From: [Bacteroides] pectinophilus
GTDB taxonomy: Bacteria > Bacillota > Clostridia > Lachnospirales > Lachnospiraceae
Reading direction: 5' to 3'
Assembly (NCBI GenBank): GCA_025146925.1
Contig: CP102260.1
Coordinates: 1,847,389-1,911,388, forward strand
Length of the DNA: 64,000 bases
Each line of letters opens with the position of its first letter. The first letter of the stretch is position 1. The position numbers and the translations under genes were made by a program. The notes below the pieces were generated by a model. It saw only the letters and a program-made list of their open reading frames with translations. It did not search any database and was not told the origin of the DNA. This document shows, piece by piece, positions 20,831 through 31,280 of the stretch.

Positions 20831-23719
20831 TTACTGTCTTGGAATCTCAACCATCTCGTAAGCTTCCATAGTATCATCCTCTTTGATGTCGTTGAACTTC
20901 TCAAGAACAATACCACACTCATAGCCTTCCTTAACTTCCTTAACATCATCCTTGAATCTCTTAAGTGATGCAAGAGGACCGTCATATATAGTCTCATCAT
21001 CTCTCTTAAGACGTACGGATGCATTACGTGTGATATAACCGTCAAGTACATATGAACCTGCAATTACACCTACACCTGAAGCCTTGTATGTCTGACGTAC
21101 AACAAGCTTACCTGTAACCTTCTCCTCGTACTTAGGCTCAAGCATACCCTTAAGTGCTGCCTCAACATCCTCGATGGCATTGTAGATTACCTTATACAGG
21201 CGGATATCAACCTTCTCACGGTCAGCAACAGCATGTGCCTGATTATCAGGCTTTACATTGAAGCCGATAATGATGGCATTAGATGCTGAAGCAAGTGTAA
21301 CATCAGATTCATTAATGTTACCAACACCGCCATGGATAATCTTAACAACAACTTCTTCATTAGAAAGCTTGAGAAGACTGCTCTTAACCGCCTCAACAGA
21401 ACCCTGTACATCAGCCTTAACAATAAGATTAAGCTCCTTAACATTACCTGCCTGAATCTGGCTGAACAGATCATCAAGTGAAAGCTTAGCCTTAGTATCA
21501 TCAAGAAGCTTCTCTCTTCCTTCTCTGATGAATGTCTCAGCAAAGTTTCTTGCTTCCTTATCATTCTCTGTTGCAACAATAATCTCACCGGCATTAGGAA
21601 CATCATTAAGTCCGAGTACCTCTACAGGTGTAGAAGGGCCTGCTGACTTAACCTTGTTACCCTTATCGTCAGTCATTGCACGAATCTTGCCATAGCATGA
21701 ACCGGCAGCAACATTGTCTCCTACATGGAGAGTACCCTTCTGTACAAGGATATTGGCAACCGGGCCCTTGCCCTTGTCAAGACGTGCCTCAATCACAAGA
21801 CCTCTTGCCTTACGGTTAGGATTAGCCTTAAGTTCAAGCACTTCCGCATCGAGAAGAATCATCTCAAGGAGATTATCAATACCCTCCTTAGTATGTGCAG
21901 ATACCGGACAGAATATTGTGCTTCCGCCCCAGTCTTCAGGAATAAGTTCATATTCTGTAAGTTCCTGCTTAACTCTTTCAATATTGGCATTAGGCTTATC
22001 AATCTTATTAATTGCAACAATTATATCAATTCCTGCTGCCTTGGCATGGTTGATAGCTTCTACTGTCTGTGGCATTACACCGTCATCTGCCGCAACAACA
22101 AGGATTGCAATATCAGTTGACTGTGCACCGCGCATACGCATTGCTGTAAATGCTTCGTGTCCCGGAGTATCAAGGAATGTAATCTTCTGTCCGTTAATCT
22201 CTACTGTATAAGCACCAATCTTCTGTGTGATGCCGCCGGACTCCTTGGCTGTAACATTAGTTGAACGGATTGCATCAAGAAGAGAAGTCTTACCATGGTC
22301 AACATGACCCATTACGCAGACTACAGGTGGTCTTGTAACAAGTGTTGCAGGATCTTCTTCATCTTCCTTAAGAAGCTCTGCTATAACATCAACCTTCACT
22401 TCATGGTCACAGATGCAGTTGAACTCAAGTGCAATCTCCTCTGCTGTATCGTAATCAATCTCCTGATTGATAGTAACTACCTTTCCCTGAAGAAACAGCT
22501 TCTTAACAACAGCTGCCGGCTGAACTTTCATCTTATCTGCAAGTTCCTTGATTGTCAGTGTATCAGGAAGAATGAGGTTTTTAATTGTCTCTTCCTTCTC
22601 TACAGGCTTTGCAGGAGTATTCTTCTTCTGGTTAGCGAACTTAAGATTCTCTTTTGAATCTCTGTCTCTTTGATTCTTACGGTCATTATTGCGATCATTC
22701 TTACGGCTGTCCGGTCTTCTGCTATCCGGCTTCTGCTCAAATGTAAAATCTTCCTGGATAGTATCACGTCTGCGGTCATCTCTTCTTGCGCCCTGTCCGC
22801 CTCTGTTATCACGGTTGAAGCTTCCCTGACCGCCGCCTCTGTTATCTCTGTTATAGCCGCCCTGTCCGTTACGGTTGTCACGGTTATCCCTGTTGTAGCC
22901 GCCCTGTCCGTTACGGTTGTCACGGTTATCCCTGTTGTAGCCGCCCTGTCCGTTACGGTTGTCACGGTTATCCCTGTTGTAGCCGCCCTGTCCGTTACGA
23001 TCTCTGTTATCTCTGTTATAGCCGCCCTGTCCGTTACGGTTGTCACGGTTATCCCTGTTGTAGCCGCCCTGTCCGTTACGGTTGTCACGGTTATCCCTGT
23101 TGTAGCCGCCCTGTCCGTTACGGTTGTCACGGTTATCCCTGTTGTAGCCGCCCTGTCCGTTACGGTCTCTGTTATCTCTGTTGTAACCGCCCTGTCCGTT
23201 ACGATCTCTGTTATCTCTGTTGTAACCGCCCTGTCCGTTGCGGTCACGGTTATCTCTGTTGTAACCGCCCTGTCCGTTACGGTCTCTGTTATCTCTGTTG
23301 TAGCCGCCCTGTCCGTCACGATTTCTTGTGCTGTTCTGCGGATTATATACCTGTGTTATACGTGACTTCTTCTCTCCGTCCTGATTCTGTCCCTGACCGT
23401 TCTGATTCTGTGGTCTTGCTGACTGTTGCTGATTCTGTGTCTTAGGCTGTGCAGGCTGCTCAGTTCTTGCCTGTGCAGGCTGGGCGCTCTTAGTCTGCTG
23501 TGATGCATTAGCAGGTGCATGCGGTGCATTACCATTCTTTGTTGCTCCTGCCTGAACATACTTGCCTGACTTTGCAAGGCTCGCCTTTACCTTAGGAATA
23601 TCATCATCCTTAATCCCGCTTGCCGGCTTATAATCCTTATCCTTGTCAATGCCCTTAAGTGCATCTATAATATCACTGCTCTGGACATTAATTTCTTTAG
23701 CTAATTCATGAATTCTCAT
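20831..23719 (-). CDS. infB: Translation initiation factor IF-2 with an expanded repetitive N-terminal region
   Basis: GTP-binding domain ([14 protein letters not shown]), C-terminal IF2 domains. The N-terminal region carries ~14 copies of [12 protein letters not shown](N)R. Confidence 0.95.
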   Translation of the reverse strand: MRIHELAKEINVQSSDIIDALKGIDKDKDYKPASGIKDDDIPKVKASLAKSGKYVQAGATKNGNAPHAPANASQQTKSAQPAQARTEQPAQPKTQNQQQSARPQNQNGQGQNQDGEKKSRITQVYNPQNSTRNRDGQGGYNRDNRDRNGQGGYNRDNRDRNGQGGYNRDNRDRNGQGGYNRDNRDRNGQGGYNRDNRDNRNGQGGYNRDNRDNRNGQGGYNRDNRDNRNGQGGYNRDNRDRNGQGGYNRDNRDNRNGQGGYNRDNRDNRNGQGGYNRDNRDNRNGQGGYNRDNRGGGQGSFNRDNRGGQGARRDDRRRDTIQEDFTFEQKPDSRRPDSRKNDRNNDRKNQRDRDSKENLKFANQKKNTPAKPVEKEETIKNLILPDTLTIKELADKMKVQPAAVVKKLFLQGKVVTINQEIDYDTAEEIALEFNCICDHEVKVDVIAELLKEDEEDPATLVTRPPVVCVMGHVDHGKTSLLDAIRSTNVTAKESGGITQKIGAYTVEINGQKITFLDTPGHEAFTAMRMRGAQSTDIAILVVAADDGVMPQTVEAINHAKAAGIDIIVAINKIDKPNANIERVKQELTEYELIPEDWGGSTIFCPVSAHTKEGIDNLLEMILLDAEVLELKANPNRKARGLVIEARLDKGKGPVANILVQKGTLHVGDNVAAGSCYGKIRAMTDDKGNKVKSAGPSTPVEVLGLNDVPNAGEIIVATENDKEARNFAETFIREGREKLLDDTKAKLSLDDLFSQIQAGNVKELNLIVKADVQGSVEAVKSSLLKLSNEEVVVKIIHGGVGNINESDVTLASASNAIIIGFNVKPDNQAHAVADREKVDIRLYKVIYNAIEDVEAALKGMLEPKYEEKVTGKLVVRQTYKASGVGVIAGSYVLDGYITRNASVRLKRDDETIYDGPLASLKRFKDDVKEVKEGYECGIVLEKFNDIKEDDTMEAYEMVEIPRQ
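22680..23330. repeat. Tandem ~39-42-nt direct repeats inside infB encoding the ([13 protein letters not shown])n low-complexity region
   Basis: Repeating unit ccctgttgtagccgccctgtccgttacggttgtcacggttat seen >12 times. This is why the six-frame track shows long spurious ORFs on both strands here. Confidence 0.85.
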
Positions 23720-23737
23720 AAATAAAAATCACCTTCC

Positions 23738-24091
23738 TCACATTCTATCAAATTCATCCGTGTCATCATCTTCAAATTCTTCGTACTCCGCAACAGACTG
23801 TTCAACGCCTGCCTGCAAAAGTCTCTTCTCTATTGCATCTGCAAATCCATCATCAAGAACCGCAACCGAAGCCTGAATATCTCTTCCAAGCGCATGCCCG
23901 AGTTCTTCCTTACTGCTGTATAAATAGCACGGTACCTGATAGAATGTACACATGTTTATGAATAATTTGTGTGTATTTTGTGATGCATCTGCCGCAACAA
24001 TAACGACTGCCGCTCTGCCACTCTTAACTGCCTTTTCAACCGAGAATTCGCCACCGGCCAGTTTCCCGGCCTTCTTGGCAAGTCCAAGCAT
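23738..24091 (-). CDS. ylxQ: L7Ae-family RNA-binding protein YlxQ
   Basis: MLGLAKKAGKLAGGEFSVEKAVKSGRAAVVIVAADASQNT; located between ylxR and infB as in Bacillus. Confidence 0.75.
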   Translation of the reverse strand: MLGLAKKAGKLAGGEFSVEKAVKSGRAAVVIVAADASQNTHKLFINMCTFYQVPCYLYSSKEELGHALGRDIQASVAVLDDGFADAIEKRLLQAGVEQSVAEYEEFEDDDTDEFDRM

Positions 24092-24101
24092 TGATAAAAT
24101 C

Positions 24102-24380
24102 TTATCTGTTCTCAATCTCAGCCAACTCCTTCTGAAGATTCTCATATACTTCCTTTGGAATAGCCTGCTTGAATGAACGCTCCAGCCCCTTATTCTTAAT
24201 CGCCTTATTAAGACATTCGGCATCAGGACATATATATGCGCCTCTTCCGCTCTTCTTGCCTGTCGGATCAAGAATAAATTCATTCTCAGCTGTATGAAGT
24301 ACTCGAATCATTTCTTTTTTGCTCTTCATCTGCTGACAGCCTACGCACTGTCTTTGCGGTATCTTCTTTACTGTGCTCAA
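24102..24380 (-). CDS. ylxR: YlxR/DUF448 RNA-binding protein (TTG start)
   Basis: KKIPQRQCVGCQQMKSKKEMIRV...GRGAYICPDAEC, the canonical YlxR motif. Start assigned to TTG with AGGAG 8 nt upstream; the ATG extension in the ORF track overlaps nusA by 73 nt and is unlikely. Confidence 0.75.
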   Translation of the reverse strand: MSTVKKIPQRQCVGCQQMKSKKEMIRVLHTAENEFILDPTGKKSGRGAYICPDAECLNKAIKNKGLERSFKQAIPKEVYENLQKELAEIENR

Positions 24381-24396
24381 ACTCTCACTCCTATTT

Positions 24397-25578
24397 TTAT
24401 TCCAGTTCTTCGTTACCTGCTTCTTCCTCAACATCTCCATCCTGGATGTCTTCGTCCGGAAGTGCATCATTCATATTCTCTGAATATTCAGCGTCATCAT
24501 CATATGACTCTTCGTTGTAGCCTTCATATTCTCCGGCTTCTCTTGCCTGTGATTCACTCTTGATATCAATCTTGAAACCTGTAAGTCTTGCTGCAAGCCT
24601 TGCATTCTGCCCTTCCTTACCGATTGCAAGTGAAAGCTGGTAATCAGGAACTACGACCTGTGCCGTCTTCTCTTCGTCATCGGCTATAACGGATACTACC
24701 TTTGCAGGGCTGAGTGCATTCTCAATGAGAATTGCAGGATTCTCACTCCAGTTGATAATATCAATCTTCTCACCACGGAGTTCATTGACAATCGCATTAA
24801 CACGTGCACCGTTAAGGCCTACACATGCTCCTACAGGATCAACGTCAGGATTGTTAGACCACACAGCCATCTTAGTTCTTGATCCTGCCTCTCTTGCAAT
24901 TCCCTTAATCTCAACAGTTCCGTCCTTAACTTCTGTAACCTCTGACTCAAACAGTCTCTTAACAAGATCCGGATGACTTCTCGACACCTTAACGATTACT
25001 CCCTTGGCAGTGTCAGTAACACTTACAACATAAAGCTTGATTCTCTCTGTCGGTACGAATACCTCACCCTTGACCTGCTCCTTAGGAAGAAGTACTGCAT
25101 CCATCTTACCAAGATTAATACTTATCTTATCTCCGTTGATACGCTGTACGATACCTGTTACGATATCCTTTTCTTTCATTGCGTACTCAGAATATACTGA
25201 CTTTCTCTCCTCTTCCCTGATTCTCTGAAGAATAATTCCCTTAGCCTTCTGGGCTGCGATTCTGCTGAAGTCCTCCGACTTAATCTCTACATTAATTCCG
25301 TTACCGATCTGTGCCTTTGAATTAATCTTAACTGCATCTTCAAGTGAAATCTGCTCAACAGGATCCTCAACATGCTCAACTACTCTCTTAGTAATAAATA
25401 CACGGAAATCTCCTGTGTTACGGTCAATTCTTACAACAATGCCATCATCCTTTGTTATGCCAAAATGCTGCTTGCATCCTGTTATAAGAGAATTCTCGAT
25501 AGCCTCTATAAGTATATCCTTGCTGATTCCTTTCTCCTTCTCCAAAGCATCAAGTGCTCCAATTAATTCTTTGTTCAT
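24397..25578 (-). CDS. nusA: Transcription termination/antitermination factor NusA
   Basis: N-terminal domain, S1, KH1, KH2; acidic C-terminal tail. Confidence 0.95.
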   Translation of the reverse strand: MNKELIGALDALEKEKGISKDILIEAIENSLITGCKQHFGITKDDGIVVRIDRNTGDFRVFITKRVVEHVEDPVEQISLEDAVKINSKAQIGNGINVEIKSEDFSRIAAQKAKGIILQRIREEERKSVYSEYAMKEKDIVTGIVQRINGDKISINLGKMDAVLLPKEQVKGEVFVPTERIKLYVVSVTDTAKGVIVKVSRSHPDLVKRLFESEVTEVKDGTVEIKGIAREAGSRTKMAVWSNNPDVDPVGACVGLNGARVNAIVNELRGEKIDIINWSENPAILIENALSPAKVVSVIADDEEKTAQVVVPDYQLSLAIGKEGQNARLAARLTGFKIDIKSESQAREAGEYEGYNEESYDDDAEYSENMNDALPDEDIQDGDVEEEAGNEELE

Positions 25579-25615
25579 TTTACTGTTTCCTCCTCAATCT
25601 GATTAATCTGTACTA

Positions 25616-26083
25616 TTAAAATTCTATTGCAGGTCTTATAAGTGATATCTCAGACCTCTTTACAGTTACCTCTGTGTCGTCATCCATGACAAGCGTAGCA
25701 CTTTCCTTATCATAGCTCTTAAGTTCCGCCTCAAATTCCTTAACTCCGTTAAGCGGGGCAAACAATTTTACTTCGAGGAGCTTACCAAGATTTCTCTGAT
25801 AATCCTTATCCTTCTTAAGCGGTCTGAGAAGTCCCGGCGAACTTACCTCGAAGATATAAGCATCGTCAATATAGTCTTCCCTGTCAAGTATCTCATTAAA
25901 CGCACGGCTTATCTTCTCACAGTCATTAACCGTAATGCCGCCATCCTTATCAATATACACTCTGAGATACCAGTCAGCACCTTCTTTGACATACTCAACA
26001 TCAACAAGCTCAAAGCCTTCCGCATCTATAAGCGGGGTTATGAGTTCTTCCGTCTTCTTCTCATATGTTTCTCTTTTTGACAT
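25616..26083 (-). CDS. rimP: Ribosome maturation factor RimP
   Basis: 155 aa; typical RimP length and position upstream of nusA. Confidence 0.9.
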   Translation of the reverse strand: MSKRETYEKKTEELITPLIDAEGFELVDVEYVKEGADWYLRVYIDKDGGITVNDCEKISRAFNEILDREDYIDDAYIFEVSSPGLLRPLKKDKDYQRNLGKLLEVKLFAPLNGVKEFEAELKSYDKESATLVMDDDTEVTVKRSEISLIRPAIEF

Positions 26084-26117
26084 ACACAGTTCCTTTCATC
26101 ATCTCAAAAATGAAGGA

Positions 26118-26151
26118 GTGGACTTGCGCCCACTCCTTAACCTACTCTACT
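26118..26151 (-). terminator. Hairpin GGAGUGGGCGCAAGUCCACUCC + U-rich tail; terminator of the DUF368 gene or leader structure of rimP
   Basis: Perfect 8-bp stem with GCAAGU loop read on the minus strand. Confidence 0.4.
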
Positions 26152-26180
26152 ATACTAACTCATATTACCATAAAATGCAA

Positions 26181-27083
26181 CTACTTTTTTGCAGCATCGC
26201 GTTTATCCACCATTGCCTTAAGAAACTGCAGACCGAATATTACAACTCCTCCGATAAGAAAGAACCATACATTGAATGTTTCCAATGTCATTGGCGGCTG
26301 CGGATTTTCCTTAAGTGAAGCAGGTCCGATAGCTATCGCATAGAACGAGCCAATCATCATTCCAAGGATAAAGTACATCATTGCACTTCTCTTCTTTTTA
26401 AGTCCATAACTTAACACCTTAACCACAGTAAGGACACCTGCTATAACTCCGCATCCGAATATTATAAGTGCCGGAAGATATGTGAAGTCAAGTTTAAAAA
26501 ACGAAGAAACCGCGCCTATAACCGCCTGATACAGACCAAACACCAGAAGCAGTGTTGAGCCCGATATTCCCGGCAGTACCATTGCTGATATTGCAAACAT
26601 TGCCGTAACAAACAGATATATGCCTACTCCCAATCCAAAATGTCCCCAGGCAAGATCTATTCCGTTACCCAGCACGCCATGCACCGAGAAATATGCAACA
26701 GCAACTACTACTGCCGCTCCGATTAAACTGAATACTATATTATAGTATCTGCCCACAATGGATTCTTTTTCTTCCATAATGATTATAGGCATTGCAAAAA
26801 GCACAAATCCTATAAACAGCGAACTGATATTATATATATGCTTCTCAAAAATCTGGTTGATAATAATAGATGCCATTGCCATACCTATTATCCATCCTGA
26901 ACCCAGCTTAACAAGAAACAGCACAGCTGCCTTTCTCTTTTCCTTGTCCTTTGAAACAATGTTGTTGAGTGAGCCAATAAACTCATCATAGATTCCCATA
27001 AGGAATGCGATTGTACCGCCTGATACTCCCGGAACACTGTCCGCAAGAGCCATAAGGAATCCTCCAAGCACTCTGATTAACAT
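26181..27083 (-). CDS. DUF368-family polytopic membrane protein
   Basis: GVSGGT motif near the N-terminus and again mid-protein (GISGST), characteristic of the internally duplicated DUF368 family. Confidence 0.7.
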   Translation of the reverse strand: MLIRVLGGFLMALADSVPGVSGGTIAFLMGIYDEFIGSLNNIVSKDKEKRKAAVLFLVKLGSGWIIGMAMASIIINQIFEKHIYNISSLFIGFVLFAMPIIIMEEKESIVGRYYNIVFSLIGAAVVVAVAYFSVHGVLGNGIDLAWGHFGLGVGIYLFVTAMFAISAMVLPGISGSTLLLVFGLYQAVIGAVSSFFKLDFTYLPALIIFGCGVIAGVLTVVKVLSYGLKKKRSAMMYFILGMMIGSFYAIAIGPASLKENPQPPMTLETFNVWFFLIGGVVIFGLQFLKAMVDKRDAAKK

Positions 27084-27243
27084 AGCTTTTCCCTTCTTAA
27101 TTAAATTTTATGCACTGCATGTAGTTCAGCACCTTAGTAATGTTATCATTATGATACAAATACTGTCAATGCATATTTAATTAAGATATAATTAAGCTTG
27201 CTTTAAACGCAGGTACAAAAAAAGCCTGCATGATATTCATGCA

Positions 27244-27315
27244 GGCTTCTTAGTAGCCAATAGGGGAATCGAACCCCTGATTCCGCCGTGAGAGGGCGGC
27301 GTCTTAACCTCTTGA
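27244..27315 (-). tRNA. tRNA-Glu (anticodon CUC), CCA not encoded
   Basis: Minus strand GGCCAATTGGTCAAGAGGTTAAGACGCCGCCCTCTCACGGCGGAATCAGGGGTTCGATTCCCCTATTGGCTA. Cloverleaf checked by hand; anticodon loop CUCUCAC. Confidence 0.85.
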
Positions 27316-27373
27316 CCAATTGGCCTTAACGCTTTATTTCTTTTATTTTATTGCCGTTTCTTGCGACTTGTTT

Positions 27374-27402
27374 ATAATACTACATCCTTTTACAAAATGC
27401 AA
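27374..27402 (-). promoter_or_regulatory. Candidate promoter for tRNA-Glu (TTGCAT-17-TATTAT)
   Basis: Read on the minus strand ~50 nt upstream of the tRNA 5' end. Confidence 0.3.
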
Positions 27403-27609
27403 GCACTTTTTTTAATTTTTTTAAAATTTTTTCAAAAAAGTGTTCCGATGTCATGCAAAGCCGATAAAACCTGCAATTTTAAGTATTGTAATATACATTA
27501 AAATTGCACTTCCAATGATATACAGTGATTAAAATCAAAGGTCATCAGGATATTAATCACACCATCAGAAGTGCATATTCATCTCAGGTGTCAGGATATT
27601 ATATAAAAG

Positions 27610-27921
27610 CTACTCTTCATCCTCTGAAGTATCATCAAATACTGCACTCGCGCCTGCATTGATAATTGCTTCTTCTTTTTCATCTTCCTCGTCATCTGAA
27701 ATAATCTTAATCTTGCCTTCGTATAACTCTTCAACTGCAATTGAAAGTGGTTTCATTCCCTTAGTACCTTCAATAAGAGGTTCATCACCGGCAATAATCT
27801 CTCTTGCTCTCTTGGAAGTTGCAAGCACGATTGAATAACGGCTCTGTACTACCGGCTCCTCGCCCTCCTCAACATTCTGGTTAACTACCTTCATTAAATC
27901 TGCATAAGATGGATGTATCAT
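27610..27921 (-). CDS. rpoZ: DNA-directed RNA polymerase subunit omega
   Basis: MIHPSYADLMKVV...YSIVLATSKRAREI; acidic C-terminal extension. Confidence 0.8.
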   Translation of the reverse strand: MIHPSYADLMKVVNQNVEEGEEPVVQSRYSIVLATSKRAREIIAGDEPLIEGTKGMKPLSIAVEELYEGKIKIISDDEEDEKEEAIINAGASAVFDDTSEDEE

Positions 27922-28556
27922 CGTATATCTCCTTTCCACATATTAGTAAGCTCATCTCTAAACTGATTAATCTTCTCCAGATTATTGGATGCCTTGCAAT
28001 GTTCATTGCCTATAATCTCATGTATCTGTTCAACACAGTCATCGAGCACATCATTGATAACTATATAATCATACTCTTCGACGCCCTGCGACTCTTCGAC
28101 CGCCCTGAGCAGTCTCTTTTTAATCGTCGCCTCATCTTCAGTGCCTCTGCCCTCAAGTCTTTTTTTAAGTTCATCAGCAGTAGGCGGCATCAAAAACATC
28201 AGAACTGTATCAGGAAATTTTTCTCTGATCTTCAATGCCCCCTGAATCTCAATCTCCAGTATGACATCAAAGCCGTCCTCAAGCTTATGTTCCACATAAT
28301 CTCTTGGAGTTCCATAATAATTATCAACATATTGCGCATGCTCAAGCAGCTTATCTTCAACTATCATCTGCTCAAACTCTTCCCTGGTCTTGAAAAAATA
28401 TTCTCTTCCGTCAACCTCTCCCGGTCTTGGCTGTCTTGTTGTCGCCGATATCGACAGAGCATAATTGTCATACTTCTGAAGAAGACTCTTCACAACCGTT
28501 CCCTTACCGGAACCCGAAAAACCCGACAGTACAATTAACAATCCTCTACGCTTCAT
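27918..28556 (-). CDS. gmk: Guanylate kinase
   Basis: P-loop GFSGSGKGT; overlaps rpoZ start by 4 nt. Confidence 0.95.
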   Translation of the reverse strand: MKRRGLLIVLSGFSGSGKGTVVKSLLQKYDNYALSISATTRQPRPGEVDGREYFFKTREEFEQMIVEDKLLEHAQYVDNYYGTPRDYVEHKLEDGFDVILEIEIQGALKIREKFPDTVLMFLMPPTADELKKRLEGRGTEDEATIKKRLLRAVEESQGVEEYDYIVINDVLDDCVEQIHEIIGNEHCKASNNLEKINQFRDELTNMWKGDIR

Positions 28557-28812
28557 GCCTTGCCTCCGTTTCTGTCATTGAATTAAGACGTCCGGCAATC
28601 GTATCCGGTAAAAGTGAAGAAAGAACCACATTGCCACTGTCCATCACTATGACAGCCCTTGTCCTTCTTCCCTGTGTTGCATCAATAATGCGGCCTTCCT
28701 CTTTGGCTGTCTGAACAAGCCTCTTAGAAGGTGCTGAATCCGGAGTAACCATCGTAACAATCTTATCCGCATTAATTATATTGCCAAATCCAATATTAAC
28801 TAACTTTGTCAT
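28546..28812 (-). CDS. remA: DUF370 protein (RemA/YlzA-like extracellular matrix regulator)
   Basis: MTKLVNIGFGNIINADKIV...PDSAPSKRL signature of DUF370. Confidence 0.8.
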   Translation of the reverse strand: MTKLVNIGFGNIINADKIVTMVTPDSAPSKRLVQTAKEEGRIIDATQGRRTRAVIVMDSGNVVLSSLLPDTIAGRLNSMTETEARHEA

Positions 28813-28881
28813 TCACAACCTCACTGATACGACCCCTAATTATGGTATTATACACAATATCAGGCCAACAATCAAGATATT

Positions 28882-30108
28882 TTACAGTATTCTTATGATT
28901 CCGTGCCTGAAATCATTTTCAATCCTGATACCGCATTTTTCAAAAACTGTCTGATTATAAACATCCGCTGCATATATATCATCCTTAAGTAGCCATGATT
29001 CATCTGCAACCTTAGTTATAAGAGGTATTGCGCAGGTCTTGCGTATCGCTTTGAGATAATCGCTTCCTGCCTTATCAAATCCAAGTATTCTTGCATACTG
29101 CGGCGGATTATTCCAAGCATCAAGCTTAATATCCAGCAGTATATGTGTAAGTGCCCTGCTTATCCTTGTATAAGTAAGTTCGCGGCTCTTAAGCTTCATT
29201 ATAAGTTCTTTCCAGCTTCCGTCAAAGTGCTCTTTGCCGTAGAGCCTGGAAATCTTATTAGCAAGCTGCATTCCTACATCAGAGTAATTAAGAAGCAGCG
29301 CAGAGTCATCCCTCATAATCGAATATATCTTATAATTAAGAAGATACGAAAAGTCATCCGGTGTCATAATCATTCCGTTATCAACAGCTTCCCTGAAAAT
29401 ATCCCTTGCACACGCAGGGATTCTGTCAACCGCTTCATCTCCTCTTTTATCTCCTGTAAGCATATTTCTTATTGCTGCCGCAGATGCATTTTCTCCGCCC
29501 GGCACAGATATATCATTATAGCCCTGCCCTTTGCGCTGTATTGTGCATATCTCCATAGAAGATGAAAATCTTTTTACTGCTTTTATATATTCAATTCCAA
29601 GCAGATTATTAGGGAAATCAAGCACCGCTGCATCAACTCCCTGTATTCCTTCAGCTTCAATATATTCTGCAAGAGCATTGCACCTTGCCTTCGGAAATGA
29701 ATCCCCATTAGATATATATCTTTTGATTGCCTCAGAATACCCTGCCGGTTCCTCATACAGTATCCCCGCTATAGTCTCAAGCATCCCGGCATCACCCAGC
29801 TCACTTCCAAAGCATATGGAATCTATCCCCATAAAGTGCAGAATACTCACCGCTCCAAATGCAAAGCGTTCCGCACTTGCCGTCGCATAAAGCGCCGGCA
29901 GCTCTATAACAAGGTCTGCGCCTCCCTTCAGCGCCATAGCTGCCCTTGTATACTTGTCTGCAATTGCCGGTTCTCCGCGCTGGACAAAATCTCCGCTCAT
30001 GACAACTACAGCTACATCACTTCCGGTAATCTTTTTAGCCTGCTCAATATGATACATATGCCCTTCATGGAAAGGGTTATACTCAGCAACAAGACCAACT
30101 GCCTTCAT
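28882..30108 (-). CDS. tmcAL: Nucleotidyltransferase of the YlbM/TmcAL family (tRNA(Met) cytidine acetate ligase)
   Basis: N-terminal AEYNPFHEGH HIGH-like motif typical of TmcAL/UPF0348. Confidence 0.75.
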   Translation of the reverse strand: MKAVGLVAEYNPFHEGHMYHIEQAKKITGSDVAVVVMSGDFVQRGEPAIADKYTRAAMALKGGADLVIELPALYATASAERFAFGAVSILHFMGIDSICFGSELGDAGMLETIAGILYEEPAGYSEAIKRYISNGDSFPKARCNALAEYIEAEGIQGVDAAVLDFPNNLLGIEYIKAVKRFSSSMEICTIQRKGQGYNDISVPGGENASAAAIRNMLTGDKRGDEAVDRIPACARDIFREAVDNGMIMTPDDFSYLLNYKIYSIMRDDSALLLNYSDVGMQLANKISRLYGKEHFDGSWKELIMKLKSRELTYTRISRALTHILLDIKLDAWNNPPQYARILGFDKAGSDYLKAIRKTCAIPLITKVADESWLLKDDIYAADVYNQTVFEKCGIRIENDFRHGIIRIL

Positions 30109-30650
30109 TAATATCTCTTCTCCTTCAATATCTTCTCTTTCAACTCATTCACAGCACTTCCCCATTCGCCAACAAGCCGTTCATAGCTGCACGCTGCATT
30201 GGCAGGTGACGTGGACGGAAGTGCTTTTTTAATTATACCCTCAAGCCCATCATCCTTACCGTAATACTTTTCAAAATATCTGTACGCAGCATTTCCATTA
30301 AACATTATAGCCTCTATGCCGTATTGCTTAACAAGTCCCGGAATATCATTAGGCACTTCATGTCTGATGCTTGAATCCGCCGAGGCATGTATCTCACACA
30401 TTGCAAGCGTATCCCACAAAGCAAATCCGTTACTGAGTATAAGATTCTTCTTGTCCTCTATCGTCTGTGGGACATCTGCCTTTACTATATCTGCAAGCAT
30501 TCTCCAGAACCTGTTTTGTGGATGCCCGTAATAAAACATATTCTCGCGCGATTTTACAGACGGAAAGCTTCCGAGTATCAGTATTCTGCTGTCCTTATCC
30601 ACAACCGGTTCAAACGGATGCTTTACTGATGTCAGTTTTTCTGTATACAA
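30108..30650 (-). CDS. Uracil-DNA glycosylase superfamily protein (DNA-deoxyinosine/G:U-mismatch glycosylase-like)
   Basis: ILILGSFPS and HPQNRFWR motifs of UDG-superfamily enzymes. Confidence 0.7.
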   Translation of the reverse strand: MYTEKLTSVKHPFEPVVDKDSRILILGSFPSVKSRENMFYYGHPQNRFWRMLADIVKADVPQTIEDKKNLILSNGFALWDTLAMCEIHASADSSIRHEVPNDIPGLVKQYGIEAIMFNGNAAYRYFEKYYGKDDGLEGIIKKALPSTSPANAACSYERLVGEWGSAVNELKEKILKEKRY

Positions 30651-30779
30651 TTTTCACACCTCACCAAAAAATATTCCCAATATTGAAATTACAGCCTCAA
30701 GCATGAATACATTAAATAACGGCATTGCATATAGCTTAATGTATATACAATACCGTTATCCCAACCTGTTAAGTTATAA

Positions 30780-31113
30780 TGGAGTAGACGGGAGTCGAAC
30801 CCGTGTCCAAAAGCTCATTCACTGTTCTTCTACTATCATAGTTGATTATTTGACATTCCCTCCGGTACACGAAAACCAACACTCTTGCACCTTCAGTAGC
30901 TTCATAAATCTATTACCTGCTCAAAGCTTTGCAGATAATGTTCCCTACAAAGTCGATGCCAAAGCTAAGCTGTAGGACACTTAACAGTGACAGCTGCGAT
31001 TAGGCAGCGTAAGCTAAATCGTTATTAGCGTTTATATTTAGGTTGTGATTTGACGCATCACCTGCGAATAGCTTCACCAGTTTCAAAACCCCTGTCGAAA
31101 CCTTTACTACCCC
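30780..31113 (-). ncRNA. ssrA: tmRNA (transfer-messenger RNA)
   Basis: 5' end GGGGUAGUAAAGGUUUCGACAGGGG and 3' end GGACACGGGUUCGACUCCCGUCUACUCC-A form the tRNA-like domain (acceptor GGGGUAG/CUACUCC). Internal tag ORF ...GCU AAU AAC GAU UUA GCU UAC GCU GCC UAA (tag ending DLAYAA). smpB lies 4 kb away. Confidence 0.85.
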
Positions 31114-31280
31114 TTATCATTAATGATAAGTCATAAAGATTATAACTAATTTATATCATTATATTCAAAACGTCAAGTGTTTTTGACAAAAATGCCGATA
31201 TTTTCCGCTTATATCGATTATCATACGATTATAATGCAGCAGGAAAACACCGGCATTACAAGTTGATTATATAATCCGGC

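Noticed and set aside
22600-23365. Long ORFs on both strands (239 aa minus, 231 aa plus) rich in TTVTDRAA / AALSVTVV repeats
   Set aside because: They lie entirely inside the infB N-terminal tandem-repeat region in alternative frames; they are artefacts of the DNA repeat, not genes.
26084-27609. Possible integrated element next to tRNA-Glu
   Set aside because: The tRNA 3' flank holds a conserved DUF368 membrane-protein gene and the 5' flank the rpoZ-gmk operon. No integrase, repeats or composition shift were found.
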